Notes: generated by a model from the letters alone, not told the origin. A stretch of DNA of 64,000 nucleotides from an uncultured Methanoregulaceae archaeon (GCA_963705255.1 OY970061.1:1216001-1280000), one strand, 5' to 3'; numbered from the stretch's first letter, positions 9,529-19,949 are shown. A program made the numbers and translations.

Positions 9529-11851
9529 ATGATCGATCAGATCTTCAGTTCAATCGCGCGGTTTGTAAACCACCGGCCCAGACTGGTAGTCGGCATCATC
9601 GGCCTGGTCATCCTCATTGCCCTGGTGGGCATGACGATGATCACCATGCAGACCGGTAACGATACCTACCTGAACAGGAACTCTCCGGAGGGTATCGTCG
9701 ATAACCAGTATACCCAGACGTTCAACGCGGATTCCATCATCCTGATCGTCGACACGAGCGACCCGCTCAACCCGAACGTGCTCAAGTACATCGACCGGCT
9801 CGAAGGCGACATCCGCCAGCAGCAGCACATTGCCGGTGCCGGAAGTGTCGTCGATATCCTGAAAAGCGAGAACGGCGGGGTCCTGCCCCAGTCAAAAGGA
9901 GAGATCGATTCGCTCGTGAACGAGATCCCGCCCGCAACCCGTGCGACCGCGGTTCCGTCGAATGTCCTGACCCTCGTGCAGGTACGGCTCGATAACGGCC
10001 TGACGGACAGCACGGAAGCCGCGGCCCTGGTACCGTGCAGCAGCTGGTCGACCAGTCCGATCCACCGACCGGTGTGACCGTCTCCATCTCCGGCACTCCC
10101 GCATTCACGACGCAGATGAGAGCGGCAATGAGCTCTTCGATGGGGGTGCTGATCGGCGGCGCCATGGTGCTGATGATCATCGTCATGGGACTGCTCTTCT
10201 CCTATGTCAGACTACCGGTTCCTGCCCGGTCGTGTTCGTGGGACTCGGCCTGACGACCGCCCTTGGCCTGATGGGGCTTGCCGGCATCCAGCTCAATATG
10301 GCCGTGCTCGGGGCTTTCCCGGTCATGATCGGCCTCGGGATCGATTACGCGATCCAGTTCCACGCCCGGCTGGACGAGGAGTCCCGGAAAGGGTCGCTTG
10401 ACGATGCTGTCTTCACGACCATCACCCGGACCGGGCCGGCCGTGATGTACGCGATGCTTGCCACCTCGCTGGGATTCTCTGCCATGTTCATCTCCGCCGT
10501 CCCCATGATCCAGTCCTTCGGGCTGGTGGCCATGATCGGCATCATGAGCTGCTACTGCATCTCGCTCGTGGGCATACCGGCAGTGGCCCACGTCATAAAC
10601 TACAAGCCCAAACCGCAGGCACCCGAGGTCTGCTATGCGGTCGGCGAAGATGCCTGCAGCACCCTCCCGGCGCCAAAGAAGAAGGGCTGGTCCTATGGCC
10701 AGTTCCTGACGGAGACCTCGGTCAGGATCGCAAAGAACCCGGTCCCGATCCTGGTGATCGCAATTCTCATCGCCGTGATCGGGTTCCAGCTCGACCCGAT
10801 TATCCCCATCCAGGCAGACCAGAACAACTTTGTCCCGAGCGACATGCCGGCCAAGATCCTGATGGACAAGGTGACAAGGATCATCGGGGCAGCGAGTACA
10901 GCAGATTTCTATGTCGAGGGCGCACGGGTCACGGACCTCGATACGGTGAGATGGATCAAACAGTTCCAGGACCACGAGCTTGCCACCAACCCGGACCTTA
11001 CCTCCGCTACCAGTATCGTCACCTATATCCTGGACTACAACGGCGGCGTGATGCCCGGGACCCAGAGCCAGCTCGATGCCATTCTTGACAGGATACCCCC
11101 GGTCGTGAAAGACCAGTACCTCAGCGGATCGATGAGGGGCGTCATACACTTCGGGACGGTCAGCCTCCAGATCCCCCAGGAGGAAGACCTCAAGGAAGAG
11201 ATGGTCGGCGACATCGCGTTCCTCCAGCCGCCGCAGGGTATCACGGTCCAGCCCGTGGGGAACTTCGATATCATGACCGCGCTCATCGGAGGCCTCACCT
11301 CTTCAAAAGAGGAGATGACCGGCCTGGGGTTTGCCCTCATCTTCGTCTTCCTGGTGCTGGTCTACCGGCATGTCCACGCCATCTCGCCCCTCGTCCCCAT
11401 CATCCTGATCGTGGGATGGAACTCGGTGGCGATGTACGTGCTGGGCATTGCGTATACGCCGCTGACCGCTACGCTCGGGTCGATGACCATCGGCGTTGCT
11501 TCCGAATACACCATTCTCGTGATGGAACGGTACAGCGAGGAGGAGGAGCGGCTCCATGACCATATCGCTGCTATCCAGGAGAGCGTGAACAGGATCGGGA
11601 CCGCCATCACGGTCTCGGGGCTCGCCACCTTCTTTGGCTTCTCGGCCCTCTGCCTCTCCAATTTCCCCATCACCAGCAACTTCGGCGTCTCTACCCTCAT
11701 CGCGGTGGGCTTCTCCCTCTGCGGGGCCATATTCATCATGCCCGCTATCCTCTCCCTCATGGGCAGGTTCACCGAATGGTGGGAGACGAGACATGCACGG
11801 ACAGAGATACAGAGAGAACCCCTGACTCTTCTCCCGGAGAGCGGCGAATGA
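9529..11851 (+). CDS. HAE3-family RND/MMPL transporter (frameshifted at ~10030, ~10211, ~10226)
   Basis: ORF pieces join into one RND protein with GLGIDYAIQFHAR and IGVASEYTILVMERY motifs; breaks probably sequencing errors. Confidence 0.88.
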
Positions 11852-11876
11852 ATCCACGAACAGAGACAGAAAAAAG

Positions 11877-13175
11877 GTGATCCCGATGAAACAGAACACA
11901 GCACTGATCTTCCTGATCCTCATGGCAGCATGCTTCGCCGTGCCGGTTACGGGAATAGACCAATACCTCGGGGGAAGTCCGCAGATGACTGCATACATCT
12001 CCGGCGTCAACGAATTTTCTCCCGGGCAGGACGCAACCATCACGGTGGTGATCCAGAACAGCGGGACGAACGCCGTGAAGTTCGTCGGTCACAGCGTGCT
12101 GGCCCAGAATGACCTGCCGACGACCGCAAAGCTGGTGGCGGCCGGCCTGTCCGCAGACGGTGCACCGATCATCGTCAAGACCGACCCCCAGGACCTCGGC
12201 GATATTGCAAGCCCGGGGATCGTCACCGCCACGTTCGCGGCAAAGATCACGTCCGATGCAACGCTCGGGGACTACCAGCTCCCGCTCACGCTCAGCTACC
12301 GGTATCTCGCAAACAGCAACAGCCCCCAGCCGTCCAGCGACACGGTCCAGTCGAAGTATACTGATGCGGCCACGGTCATCCCGCTCACGATCAGGATCAA
12401 ACCTGAAGTCAGGATCGACGTCCTCGATGCCGTCCCCGGGAACCTGATCGTGGGAACGGAAGGCTACGTCAACCTGACGATCGAGAACACCGGGCCCAGT
12501 GCCGGAACCGCGGCCACCGTCATGCTCATCAGGCACGGCGACAGCGTGCTGATCCCTGACGACAGCAGCGTCTATATCGGGGATTTCCCGCAGGACCAGG
12601 CTGTCAGCTGCCTGTACAAGGTCTCGGTCTCTGACGACGCACAGCAGCAGTCCTACCCGATCGATGTGATGGTCACCTACACCGATTCTGAAGGCTTTAC
12701 GGTGAACTCGGCAACCGATACCGTGGGCGTGCCGGTGGGAGGAAAACTCGGCTTTTTGGTCACCTCCGCCCCCGCGTCCCTTTACCCGGGAGAGTCCGGG
12801 GTGATAGAGGTGGAATACCGGAACACCGGGTCGATCACCGCCTATCACGCGCAGGCCCGGCTGACGACCGTGGAACCGTTCAGCAGCTCCGACACCCAGG
12901 CATACCTCGGCGATGTTGCCCCGGGCCAGAGCGTCACCGCCCGGTACGCGATCTCTGCCGACAGCAAGGCTGCCCCTGCTCTCTACGAGCTCGACACCAA
13001 CGTGAGGTACCGCGATTCCCTCGATAACAGCCTCACCTCAGACACCGTCAGTGCTCCGGTCGAGGTTGTCCCACCCGGATCCGGCAGTCTGCTGCTGCCC
13101 GCCGCAGCACTCCTGGCCGCGGTGGTCCTTATCGGCGCAGGTTACTCCGTATTCGCGATGAGGAGGAAGAGATGA
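11877..13175 (+). CDS. COG1361 S-layer-family protein
   Basis: Paralogue of 8063..9481 (GGSPQMTAYISGVNEFSPG; YRDSLDN); C-terminal TM plus RRKR. Confidence 0.82.
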   Translation: MIPMKQNTALIFLILMAACFAVPVTGIDQYLGGSPQMTAYISGVNEFSPGQDATITVVIQNSGTNAVKFVGHSVLAQNDLPTTAKLVAAGLSADGAPIIVKTDPQDLGDIASPGIVTATFAAKITSDATLGDYQLPLTLSYRYLANSNSPQPSSDTVQSKYTDAATVIPLTIRIKPEVRIDVLDAVPGNLIVGTEGYVNLTIENTGPSAGTAATVMLIRHGDSVLIPDDSSVYIGDFPQDQAVSCLYKVSVSDDAQQQSYPIDVMVTYTDSEGFTVNSATDTVGVPVGGKLGFLVTSAPASLYPGESGVIEVEYRNTGSITAYHAQARLTTVEPFSSSDTQAYLGDVAPGQSVTARYAISADSKAAPALYELDTNVRYRDSLDNSLTSDTVSAPVEVVPPGSGSLLLPAAALLAAVVLIGAGYSVFAMRRKR

Positions 13176-13176
13176 T

Positions 13177-14529
13177 GTGGCAATGACGAAAAAAATGCTT
13201 TTGGCACCCGATGCACCGGGTGTGCTGATGAGGCCAGTCCGGACCCGTGCAGTCCTCCTGCTGCTCATCACGGCCTGCTGCATCGCCGCGCCGGTGCTTG
13301 CCGATACGAAATATACGGGGGGGAGCCCGAACCTGAGTGCGTATGTCGCCGGGATAAATGAGTTCACGGCCGGGAGCGATATCGCGATCCCGGTTGTCCT
13401 GAAGAACACCGGCCTCAACCAGTACATGCAGGTCGATCAGAACACCGTCGCACCCGACGACCTTCCCAATACGGCAAAGTTCGTCACGGTCAACCTGTCT
13501 GCCGGGGACGCACCGATCGAGATAAAATCCGATCCCCAGATGATCGGCGACATGCCGGGCCAGGCCACGGAAACGGTGGTCTTCTCGGCCACGGTAAACG
13601 CCGATGCCCCGGCCGGGACGTATATGCTCCCGGTCGAGATCAGGTACACCACCCTGTCGGCGGTCGGTGAGTTCACTTTTGTGCCGACAGTCAGGAACTA
13701 CTACCAGCAGAACAACGTGACCCTCACGGTGCCGCTGGTCATAAAGGCGGAAGTGATCCCTCAGGTGATCTCGGCGGTGCCGGATCACCTGGTCGCCGGC
13801 GCGGACGGGTATATCAACATAACGCTGAAAAATACCGGGTCGCTGGACGGTGCAAAAGCGACGGTCAACATCCTCCATGATGACGAGAGCCCGATCGTTC
13901 CGGTCGACAGCAGCGTGTACATCGGCGATTTCCCGGTCGGCAGTACGGTGACCTGCCCGTTCAAGGTGTCTGTCGACGGCACGGCGATCAACAAGTCCTA
14001 CCCGGTCGACGTGGTCGTAGTCTACCAGAATAACGAAGGCGACTTTGTCGATTCCCGGACCGAGACTGCTGGGGTCAACGTGGGCAGCAAAGTGGATTTT
14101 GCGATCACCTCGCCAACGATCACGATGAGCCCGGGCAGCAGGGGGACGATCCAGGTGGTGTACAAAAATACCGGCAGCTCCCTGATCAGGAGCGCCCAGG
14201 CCAGGATCAGCGCAGTCACCCCCTTCACGAGTTCTGACGGCGTGGCAGACCTTGGGGACCTTGCCCCGGGCCAGTCTGCTGTCGCTACCTACCAGATCGG
14301 GGTGGCGAGCGACGCCGTCACTAAGCTCTACGGCATCGATTCCGAGATCCGGTACCGCGACGCCCTCGACGATACCTACATCTCCGACCCCCTGAAGGTG
14401 GCAGTCGATGTGAAAAACCGCACCGGTGTTGCGGGCATCCTGTCCAACAGCGTCGCCCTTTCCATCATCGTTGCCGCTCTCATCGGCATTGCCTATGCAG
14501 CCTGGTACTTCAGGAAGAAGCGGAGATGA
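13177..14529 (+). CDS. COG1361 S-layer-family protein
   Basis: Third paralogue (GGSPNLSAYVAGINEF; YRDALDD); C-terminal TM plus RKKRR. Confidence 0.82.
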   Translation: MAMTKKMLLAPDAPGVLMRPVRTRAVLLLLITACCIAAPVLADTKYTGGSPNLSAYVAGINEFTAGSDIAIPVVLKNTGLNQYMQVDQNTVAPDDLPNTAKFVTVNLSAGDAPIEIKSDPQMIGDMPGQATETVVFSATVNADAPAGTYMLPVEIRYTTLSAVGEFTFVPTVRNYYQQNNVTLTVPLVIKAEVIPQVISAVPDHLVAGADGYINITLKNTGSLDGAKATVNILHDDESPIVPVDSSVYIGDFPVGSTVTCPFKVSVDGTAINKSYPVDVVVVYQNNEGDFVDSRTETAGVNVGSKVDFAITSPTITMSPGSRGTIQVVYKNTGSSLIRSAQARISAVTPFTSSDGVADLGDLAPGQSAVATYQIGVASDAVTKLYGIDSEIRYRDALDDTYISDPLKVAVDVKNRTGVAGILSNSVALSIIVAALIGIAYAAWYFRKKRR

Positions 14530-14798
14530 ACGGAGGTGCCAGTGCGTTGACGGGTCTCGAAGGAAATGACCTCGTCACAACCGGGTCTTGTCCAGTATTT
14601 AACCGCAGATATAACTGCACCAGCTGTTGAGAGAAAGGCTGATAGCAAAAAGGGCTAAGGGAAGACCAAGAGGCATTACCATATCCCTTTTCGCTCCTGC
14701 TGGATATCCCGGCGCTCGTGATTGCACGTACCAAAAGGCATGATGATCCATCAGAAGGTTTCGCAAAGTCGGTGACCAGACGGGGGTCATCCCCATAA

Positions 14799-15245
14799 TC
14801 ATTTTATGGTCTGAGCGAGTTTTTTGCCTAATTCCCTACATGCTTCTTTATCCATACCGGTAGGATTACCTTGTGAGACAACTCCTTTCGCAGCTGATTG
14901 CATGTTAAAGTATTTTGCAAGGTATTCGATGGATTCTGCTGCCTTCTTCCCGCTTTCGATGGCACCCGCCGATATAAACACGGCAAAAGGTTTCCCTTTG
15001 AATTTATCCCGGGCCTGAATGAGCATGTTTTCAAATACATCCTTAAGTTTACCGCCCATATATCCCCAGCTGGTTGCTGAACCGAAGGCAATAGCACCTG
15101 CCGCAACAAGATCATCTATTTTAACAAGCTCTGCCTTCATCACCACTACCCCGACACCTTCTTCTTTTACTCCTTCTGCAACGGAATTTGCCATCTTTTC
15201 CGTGTTGCCGGTCCGGGAAAAATAAACAACCAAAATTTTAGGCAT
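14799..15245 (-). CDS. flavodoxin-like protein
   Basis: MPKILVVYFSRTGNTEKMA FMN-binding loop; ends ACRELGKKL; TATA-like TTTATATA at ~15282-15289 on the minus strand. Confidence 0.88.
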   Translation of the reverse strand: MPKILVVYFSRTGNTEKMANSVAEGVKEEGVGVVVMKAELVKIDDLVAAGAIAFGSATSWGYMGGKLKDVFENMLIQARDKFKGKPFAVFISAGAIESGKKAAESIEYLAKYFNMQSAAKGVVSQGNPTGMDKEACRELGKKLAQTIK

Positions 15246-15703
15246 TTCATATCCCCTCAACAGACTCATACCTTTTCTAGATATATAAATACAACTTTCG
15301 CAGGTTCTGATGCGTCTGCGGTCGGTAACCAATAGTTCACCTCCGTTGAAATTCGCCCGGCAACCGCCACCGCATCGAAACCCTATCAACTCGCTGGATA
15401 CCTCGAAGACCCAGTAATTCCCCATAATCATCATCGTCATGATCGCGGTACCGGGTCGGTTTCCTGGCGGTTACCGAGGCTGGAGCCTATCCGAAATTTC
15501 GGATTTTATTGTTTTCCTTTCATGGAAATTGAAATCAAGCAGAGCGGATTATCCGTGCGGACAAATTCTTTCTTCAAATTTACGTCCGGGAAATTCCTGG
15601 ATTTTTCCGGAAGAAAAACCGGATCCGGATCGCCGGACCGGCTCCACTGCACCACACCATGAGCCGATCCCGGAGATCTGAGGGCAACCCTCGTATCCTT
15701 CCC

Positions 15704-16035
15704 AAAAATTTTCCGGCCCGGGCTCAGATATTTCTAAAAATATTTTTGCCTCATCTCCCATCGCGCCAAAAAAATATCCGGCTCAACTCGGATCGCGCCG
15801 GAATTTTTTTTGCCTCAACTCAGTACGAGCCGGAAAATACTTGGAACCCCCCCTCAATAATGGCCGTTCACGTCTGAACATGCAGTGTCAGACACCCCCA
15901 ACCGCGCCAAAAAATATTTTGCCTCAACTCAGATCGGGCCGGAAAAAAATCTGGCTCGTACCTGATCGAGCCGGAAAAGTTTCCGGCGCGATCCCGATCG
16001 GCCCGGAAAATTTTCAGTCCGCACAACCCGATCCG
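15704..16035. repeat. degenerate 32-bp tandem repeats in two blocks
   Basis: CG(C/A/G)GCC-type motif ends at 15767, 15799, 15831 and 15908, 15940, 15972, 16004, each followed by an A/T tract and often (G)CTCAACTC. Confidence 0.75.
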
Positions 16036-16120
16036 ATGCCCGGCATTGCCGGGGGTATATGGCCATGAGAAGTTCCCCGATCGATACTCATATCTCCAGA
16101 CCCCGGCATACAGAGCATAC

Positions 16121-16273
16121 ATGCCAGATGATAACTATGGCAAGGATCATGCGTTCACCTGCCCGCACTGCGGACTGAAGTGGCGTACAACAGAGACCGG
16201 CCCGACGCTGCATTGTAAGAGATGCAACCGGTACTTCCCGAACCCCTGGGCTGAGCCGGCCCCGGAGAAGTAG
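16121..16273 (+). CDS. 50-aa zinc-ribbon microprotein
   Basis: FTCPHCG...LHCKRCN double CxxC knuckle. Confidence 0.6.
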   Translation: MPDDNYGKDHAFTCPHCGLKWRTTETGPTLHCKRCNRYFPNPWAEPAPEK

Positions 16274-16278
16274 AACCA

Positions 16279-16355
16279 GTGACTGGTTACTATACGGTAC
16301 TGATTCACAAAGCCGAAGAAGACGGTTTCCGGGCAGAGGTGCCGGCCCGGTGCGA
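16279..16355 (+). pseudogene. truncated HicB-like N-terminal fragment
   Basis: YTVLIHKAEEDGFRAEVPA nearly duplicates the start of the downstream HicB, then similarity stops. Confidence 0.6.
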
Positions 16356-16653
16356 CGCCATGACTCTCGTTCAGCCCGTGGCCCTTCCGGCCCGGTTCAT
16401 TGCAGGGTTCTTCCGTCGTGGAGGGTCCGGAGATGACGCACGGGGAGAGGTGGTGGAGCAAGGAGTTGAGGGATATGCTCTCGCTTGGGGGATTGTTAAA
16501 CCGCGATACGAAAGGGCGTGGCCACAACCGGAAATAATCTGTGATACTAAGGACACCTGTAGGGCATGGTGAAAGATACCATTTCAGTGATCTCTTTTCC
16601 AGTAAAAAGATGATGAATCACCGGCACTAACAATCACCAGAGGATTGTGACCG

Positions 16654-16914
16654 GTGACCTCTCTCCACAACGCGAAGGGAAAAATATGGAAATACACGAT
16701 ACTGATCCACAAAGCTGAAGAAGGCGGGTTCTGGGCTGAAGTGCCGGCTCTCCCGGGATGTTTCTCGCAGGGAGAAACCATCGAGGAGACGATTGCGAAT
16801 ACCAAGGAGGCAATCGAACTCCATATTTCCTGCCTGAGGGAAGACGGGGAAGAGATCCCGGCAGATAACGAATTTATCATCAGCCGTGTGCGGGTTGAAA
16901 CCGTCGCGGTGTAA
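16654..16914 (+). CDS. hicB: HicB-family antitoxin (short form, no DNA-binding tail)
   Basis: KYTILIHKAEEGGFWAEVPALPGCFSQGETIEETIANTKEAIELH; start is GTG 16654, or ATG 16686 if one extra G is an error. Confidence 0.85.
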   Translation: MTSLHNAKGKIWKYTILIHKAEEGGFWAEVPALPGCFSQGETIEETIANTKEAIELHISCLREDGEEIPADNEFIISRVRVETVAV

Positions 16915-16926
16915 TATCCCGCTTTT

Positions 16927-17049
16927 TTACAAGTCCGCCCAAGCCTCGTCTTCCTCATGACGCAGCCAGTCCTTCTTAAGGGAAGATTCGCTGGCAAGTG
17001 CCGTGTCGTTTTTATCAACAGGATCGAAATACCAGAAATTGTAGGTCAT
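16927..17049 (-). CDS. 40-aa ORF resembling the acidic C-terminal tail of small antitoxin-like proteins
   Basis: Hand translation MTYNFWYFDPVDKNDTALASESSLKKDWLRHEEDEAWADL*. Confidence 0.5.
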   Translation of the reverse strand: MTYNFWYFDPVDKNDTALASESSLKKDWLRHEEDEAWADL

Positions 17050-17062
17050 GACTTTTTTCCTT

Positions 17063-17213
17063 TCACCGATACCTGACTTTCAGATCTGCACCAGAATAGA
17101 GATCGGGTTCATCACCCAGAAAACCGGAGAGGGAGTGCTCTGATAATAGAGAGAGGGATTTTTCGCGTTTTCGAATATTCTTTGCCGGTCGGTCGGTGGA
17201 TTTTTTCCCATGA
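17063..17213 (-). CDS. small ORF/remnant with antitoxin-like acidic tail
   Basis: Ends LSLLSEHSLSGFLGDEPDLYSGADLKVRYR, sharing an (A/L)SExSL motif with the neighbouring ORF. Confidence 0.45.
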
Positions 17214-17333
17214 TCCATTACCGGCCGAAATCCGACCTCCCTGACCATTATATCTTTTTTTCGCTGTCAGTCTGCTTCAGGGTTGTGGTCCGCATATCTT
17301 TTGTCGATCTTATCTATCAGGATATTCTGCAAT

Positions 17334-17549
17334 GGGGGTACCCCTCTCAGGCATTGGGGGGTGGGTATCCCCCTCCCCCGGTTGTCCGGGCGGCCGGCCT
17401 GACCATTACCGTCGGAGGTTCCAGGGGAAGCGCAGGTAAGGCGCTTGCCATCCAAGGGGTAGCTACCCCTCCCTCAGCGTGGGTGGGGGTACCCCTCCCA
17501 TGCCCGGAGGGGTGGGGGTACCTCAATGGCGAAGGGGGGGGATCCCCCC
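17334..17549. repeat. G/C-run palindrome-rich direct repeat, left copy
   Basis: 17456-17512 is identical to 20151-20207 (57 bp); other blocks are also shared. Confidence 0.85.
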
Positions 17550-17820
17550 TCCACGTTTCGCGAAACAGTCATGGTTTTCCTGATGGTGATGGTTCCGGGC
17601 AGTGAAGTCTCTGATGGAAAGAGGGGTGCGGGGGAACTGGTCTTGAGGAGCCGGGGCGACCGGCCATACATGTACCTGAGCGCAGTGCTCCGACGGAGCA
17701 CCGGCGCACCGGGGGATAAAACCCTTGCCGCGAAAACTCGTATAACCTGCACGGGTTAATTTAGAAATTATTATAATTAATAAATGAAAACTAATTTTAT
17801 AATTACTGGAGCTATCAAAT

Positions 17821-18741
17821 ATGCCAGAGTCCTTTGATTCCATCGATGTAAGGAAAAAATGCAAAGTAGGCGGATCGGTTGTCATTCATACCCTTGAAAC
17901 CGGACTTGTAACTCCGGCCGACGCGATTGAGATCATCCCGCAGGCCACATCGGATCCCCAGTCAGAGATCCAGACAAGTTCGAAATCGATCCAGGCAAGA
18001 AAAGCCAAAATAAAGAAGGTCAATGGTAAGACCGTGTACGGTCCGGAGATGATGCCATCTCCCCTGCTGCTGCAGCCGGAAGGTTCCAATGTAGGAATAG
18101 GAATTAAAAATCCTGCGGTAACTTTGCAGGTAAAGGGTGATATCGCCGCATCGGGACAAATTTCAGGCCTCATTCAATCCACCGGCGATCTCACGGCCTC
18201 GGGAAATATAAATTCCAGCGGTGATGTGGTTGCAGGGGGGAATGTAAGTTCTTCTGGTGACGTCAATTCAGCTGGGCACGTGAACGTTGCCGGAAATATC
18301 TACGTTACGGGAGATGTTTCCGTCAACGGGGGTGCCGATTGTGCAGAGGAATTCGATATTATCGAAACAGAAACAGTTGAACCCGGAACGGTGATGGTTA
18401 TCGTAAATGACGGGATGCTGTCCCCAAGCCGGCATGCATACGACAAACGTGTCGCCGGTGTGCTGTCAGGTGCAGGGGATCTGAAACCCGGCATTACCCT
18501 CGGTAAACAACGTGATGCCGCACACCGGATGCCTCTTGCACTGAATGGGAAAGTCTACTGCAAGGTGGAAGCACGATCCGGGCCCATTGAGACCGGTGAT
18601 CTCCTGACAACTTCCCCAATTGCCGGCTATGCGATGAAAGCAAGCGACCCGCTCAGATCCTTCGGATCGGTTATCGGAAAGGCATTGCACTCCTTGAAAT
18701 CCGGCCAGGGAATGATCCCCATTCTGGTTACGCTCCAGTGA
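17821..18741 (+). CDS. tail-fibre/spike-like protein with beta-repeat stalk and Peptidase_G2-like C-terminal domain
   Basis: NVGIGIKNPAVTLQVKG, G(D/N)(V/I)xxx hexapeptide repeats, then GADCAEEFD...GKVYCKV...GDLLTTS...VIGKAL. Confidence 0.7.
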   Translation: MPESFDSIDVRKKCKVGGSVVIHTLETGLVTPADAIEIIPQATSDPQSEIQTSSKSIQARKAKIKKVNGKTVYGPEMMPSPLLLQPEGSNVGIGIKNPAVTLQVKGDIAASGQISGLIQSTGDLTASGNINSSGDVVAGGNVSSSGDVNSAGHVNVAGNIYVTGDVSVNGGADCAEEFDIIETETVEPGTVMVIVNDGMLSPSRHAYDKRVAGVLSGAGDLKPGITLGKQRDAAHRMPLALNGKVYCKVEARSGPIETGDLLTTSPIAGYAMKASDPLRSFGSVIGKALHSLKSGQGMIPILVTLQ

Positions 18742-18844
18742 GGGAATCAGATGATCACCCTCTACCAAGCACTCGATAACCTGAATTATTTTTTCCCGGC
18801 AACCAAGCCTTATAGCGTGAGCTGATTTTGCGGAACAGATCGGC

Positions 18845-19660
18845 ATGGTCCCTCCCTACTCGGCCGAGGAACTGATCAGAAGATCGCTCAACGACTATAT
18901 ACGCCTCACGAATGCCACCGTAACCTTCCACACAACCGATGACAACAAGGATCACGATACGGCCGTTTTCGTACAAGTAGTGTCAAAAAAGGACGGCAGG
19001 CTGTTGGCCCATATAGAGAATGCAGACTCCTCGAATTATGATTCTACTGAATATCAGGACGACAGTACCCATTCACTTTCCCTGGCGTTCGGCCAGGTCA
19101 AAAAATCAGATTGCGAGGAAACCCAGATAACGATTGGATCACACGCAACGGGACATGATGACTGGATGTTCGATGTTGCAGTGACCTTATATTTTATTGA
19201 CGGAACCACGATCGTGAGAACGTCAAAATATACCCGGGAACTCATTAGCTGGGATGAATATGTGACCACGGATATGGACGGTCCGCCAATTACGCACACC
19301 ACAACGCCTCCTCCGAATCCATATCGATTTGGCTTGATTCATCCCCCTACACAACCTTCGAATGCCCCAGAATATGGAATGAACTGGTATGGAGGGGGTA
19401 GTTCGGTTCATCTGCCCCCGCCCCATATCGCTAAAATTACCGGAGTCCAGAATATCAGCGACTATATTATCCACCTTTGGTATAGGGATGACGACGGGAA
19501 AGTGAAGTACGGAAATCCCCCGCTAACTCTGATTCCGGGAGAATATACTTTGGAATTCAATCAGATGAATGCCAGCGGGGACTGGAGAGCCATAGGTCCA
19601 CCCTACGATCCCCAGAAAATGCAAAGTTTATCGATGTTGATTTGGTGGGAAGAAGTTTAA
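18845..19660 (+). CDS. hypothetical protein, two probable beta-rich domains
   Basis: 271-aa ORF, VTFHTTDDNKDHDT acidic motif, TTTPPP linker; co-oriented with the upstream gene. Confidence 0.7.
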   Translation: MVPPYSAEELIRRSLNDYIRLTNATVTFHTTDDNKDHDTAVFVQVVSKKDGRLLAHIENADSSNYDSTEYQDDSTHSLSLAFGQVKKSDCEETQITIGSHATGHDDWMFDVAVTLYFIDGTTIVRTSKYTRELISWDEYVTTDMDGPPITHTTTPPPNPYRFGLIHPPTQPSNAPEYGMNWYGGGSSVHLPPPHIAKITGVQNISDYIIHLWYRDDDGKVKYGNPPLTLIPGEYTLEFNQMNASGDWRAIGPPYDPQKMQSLSMLIWWEEV

Positions 19661-19949
19661 TCGACGGCAACCGGTCTTTGACCCGCAAAGCCTCACCAAG
19701 CCCCTTTTTTGCCCGTGGACCCTGTTACCCCCCTCGCAACCCTGAGTTTCGCCTTCCATTAGCGTACATTAGCGTTTTTAAAATCCCCGCAAACCCGCGA
19801 ATTACGGAGAACGGGCGGTTTATCGGGCTTTTCCCAAAAAAGTGTACCGGATTTCGGTGTTTTTGCAAATGAACCGGAAAATCGACCCTACGGATGGCCA
19901 AACCGGGCTTGTAATAGGCCCGGAGGGGGAGTGCGTTGCCGGAGGCCTT

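Noticed and set aside
15704-16035. CRISPR array
   Set aside because: Units are contiguous and degenerate, with no unique spacers and no cas genes
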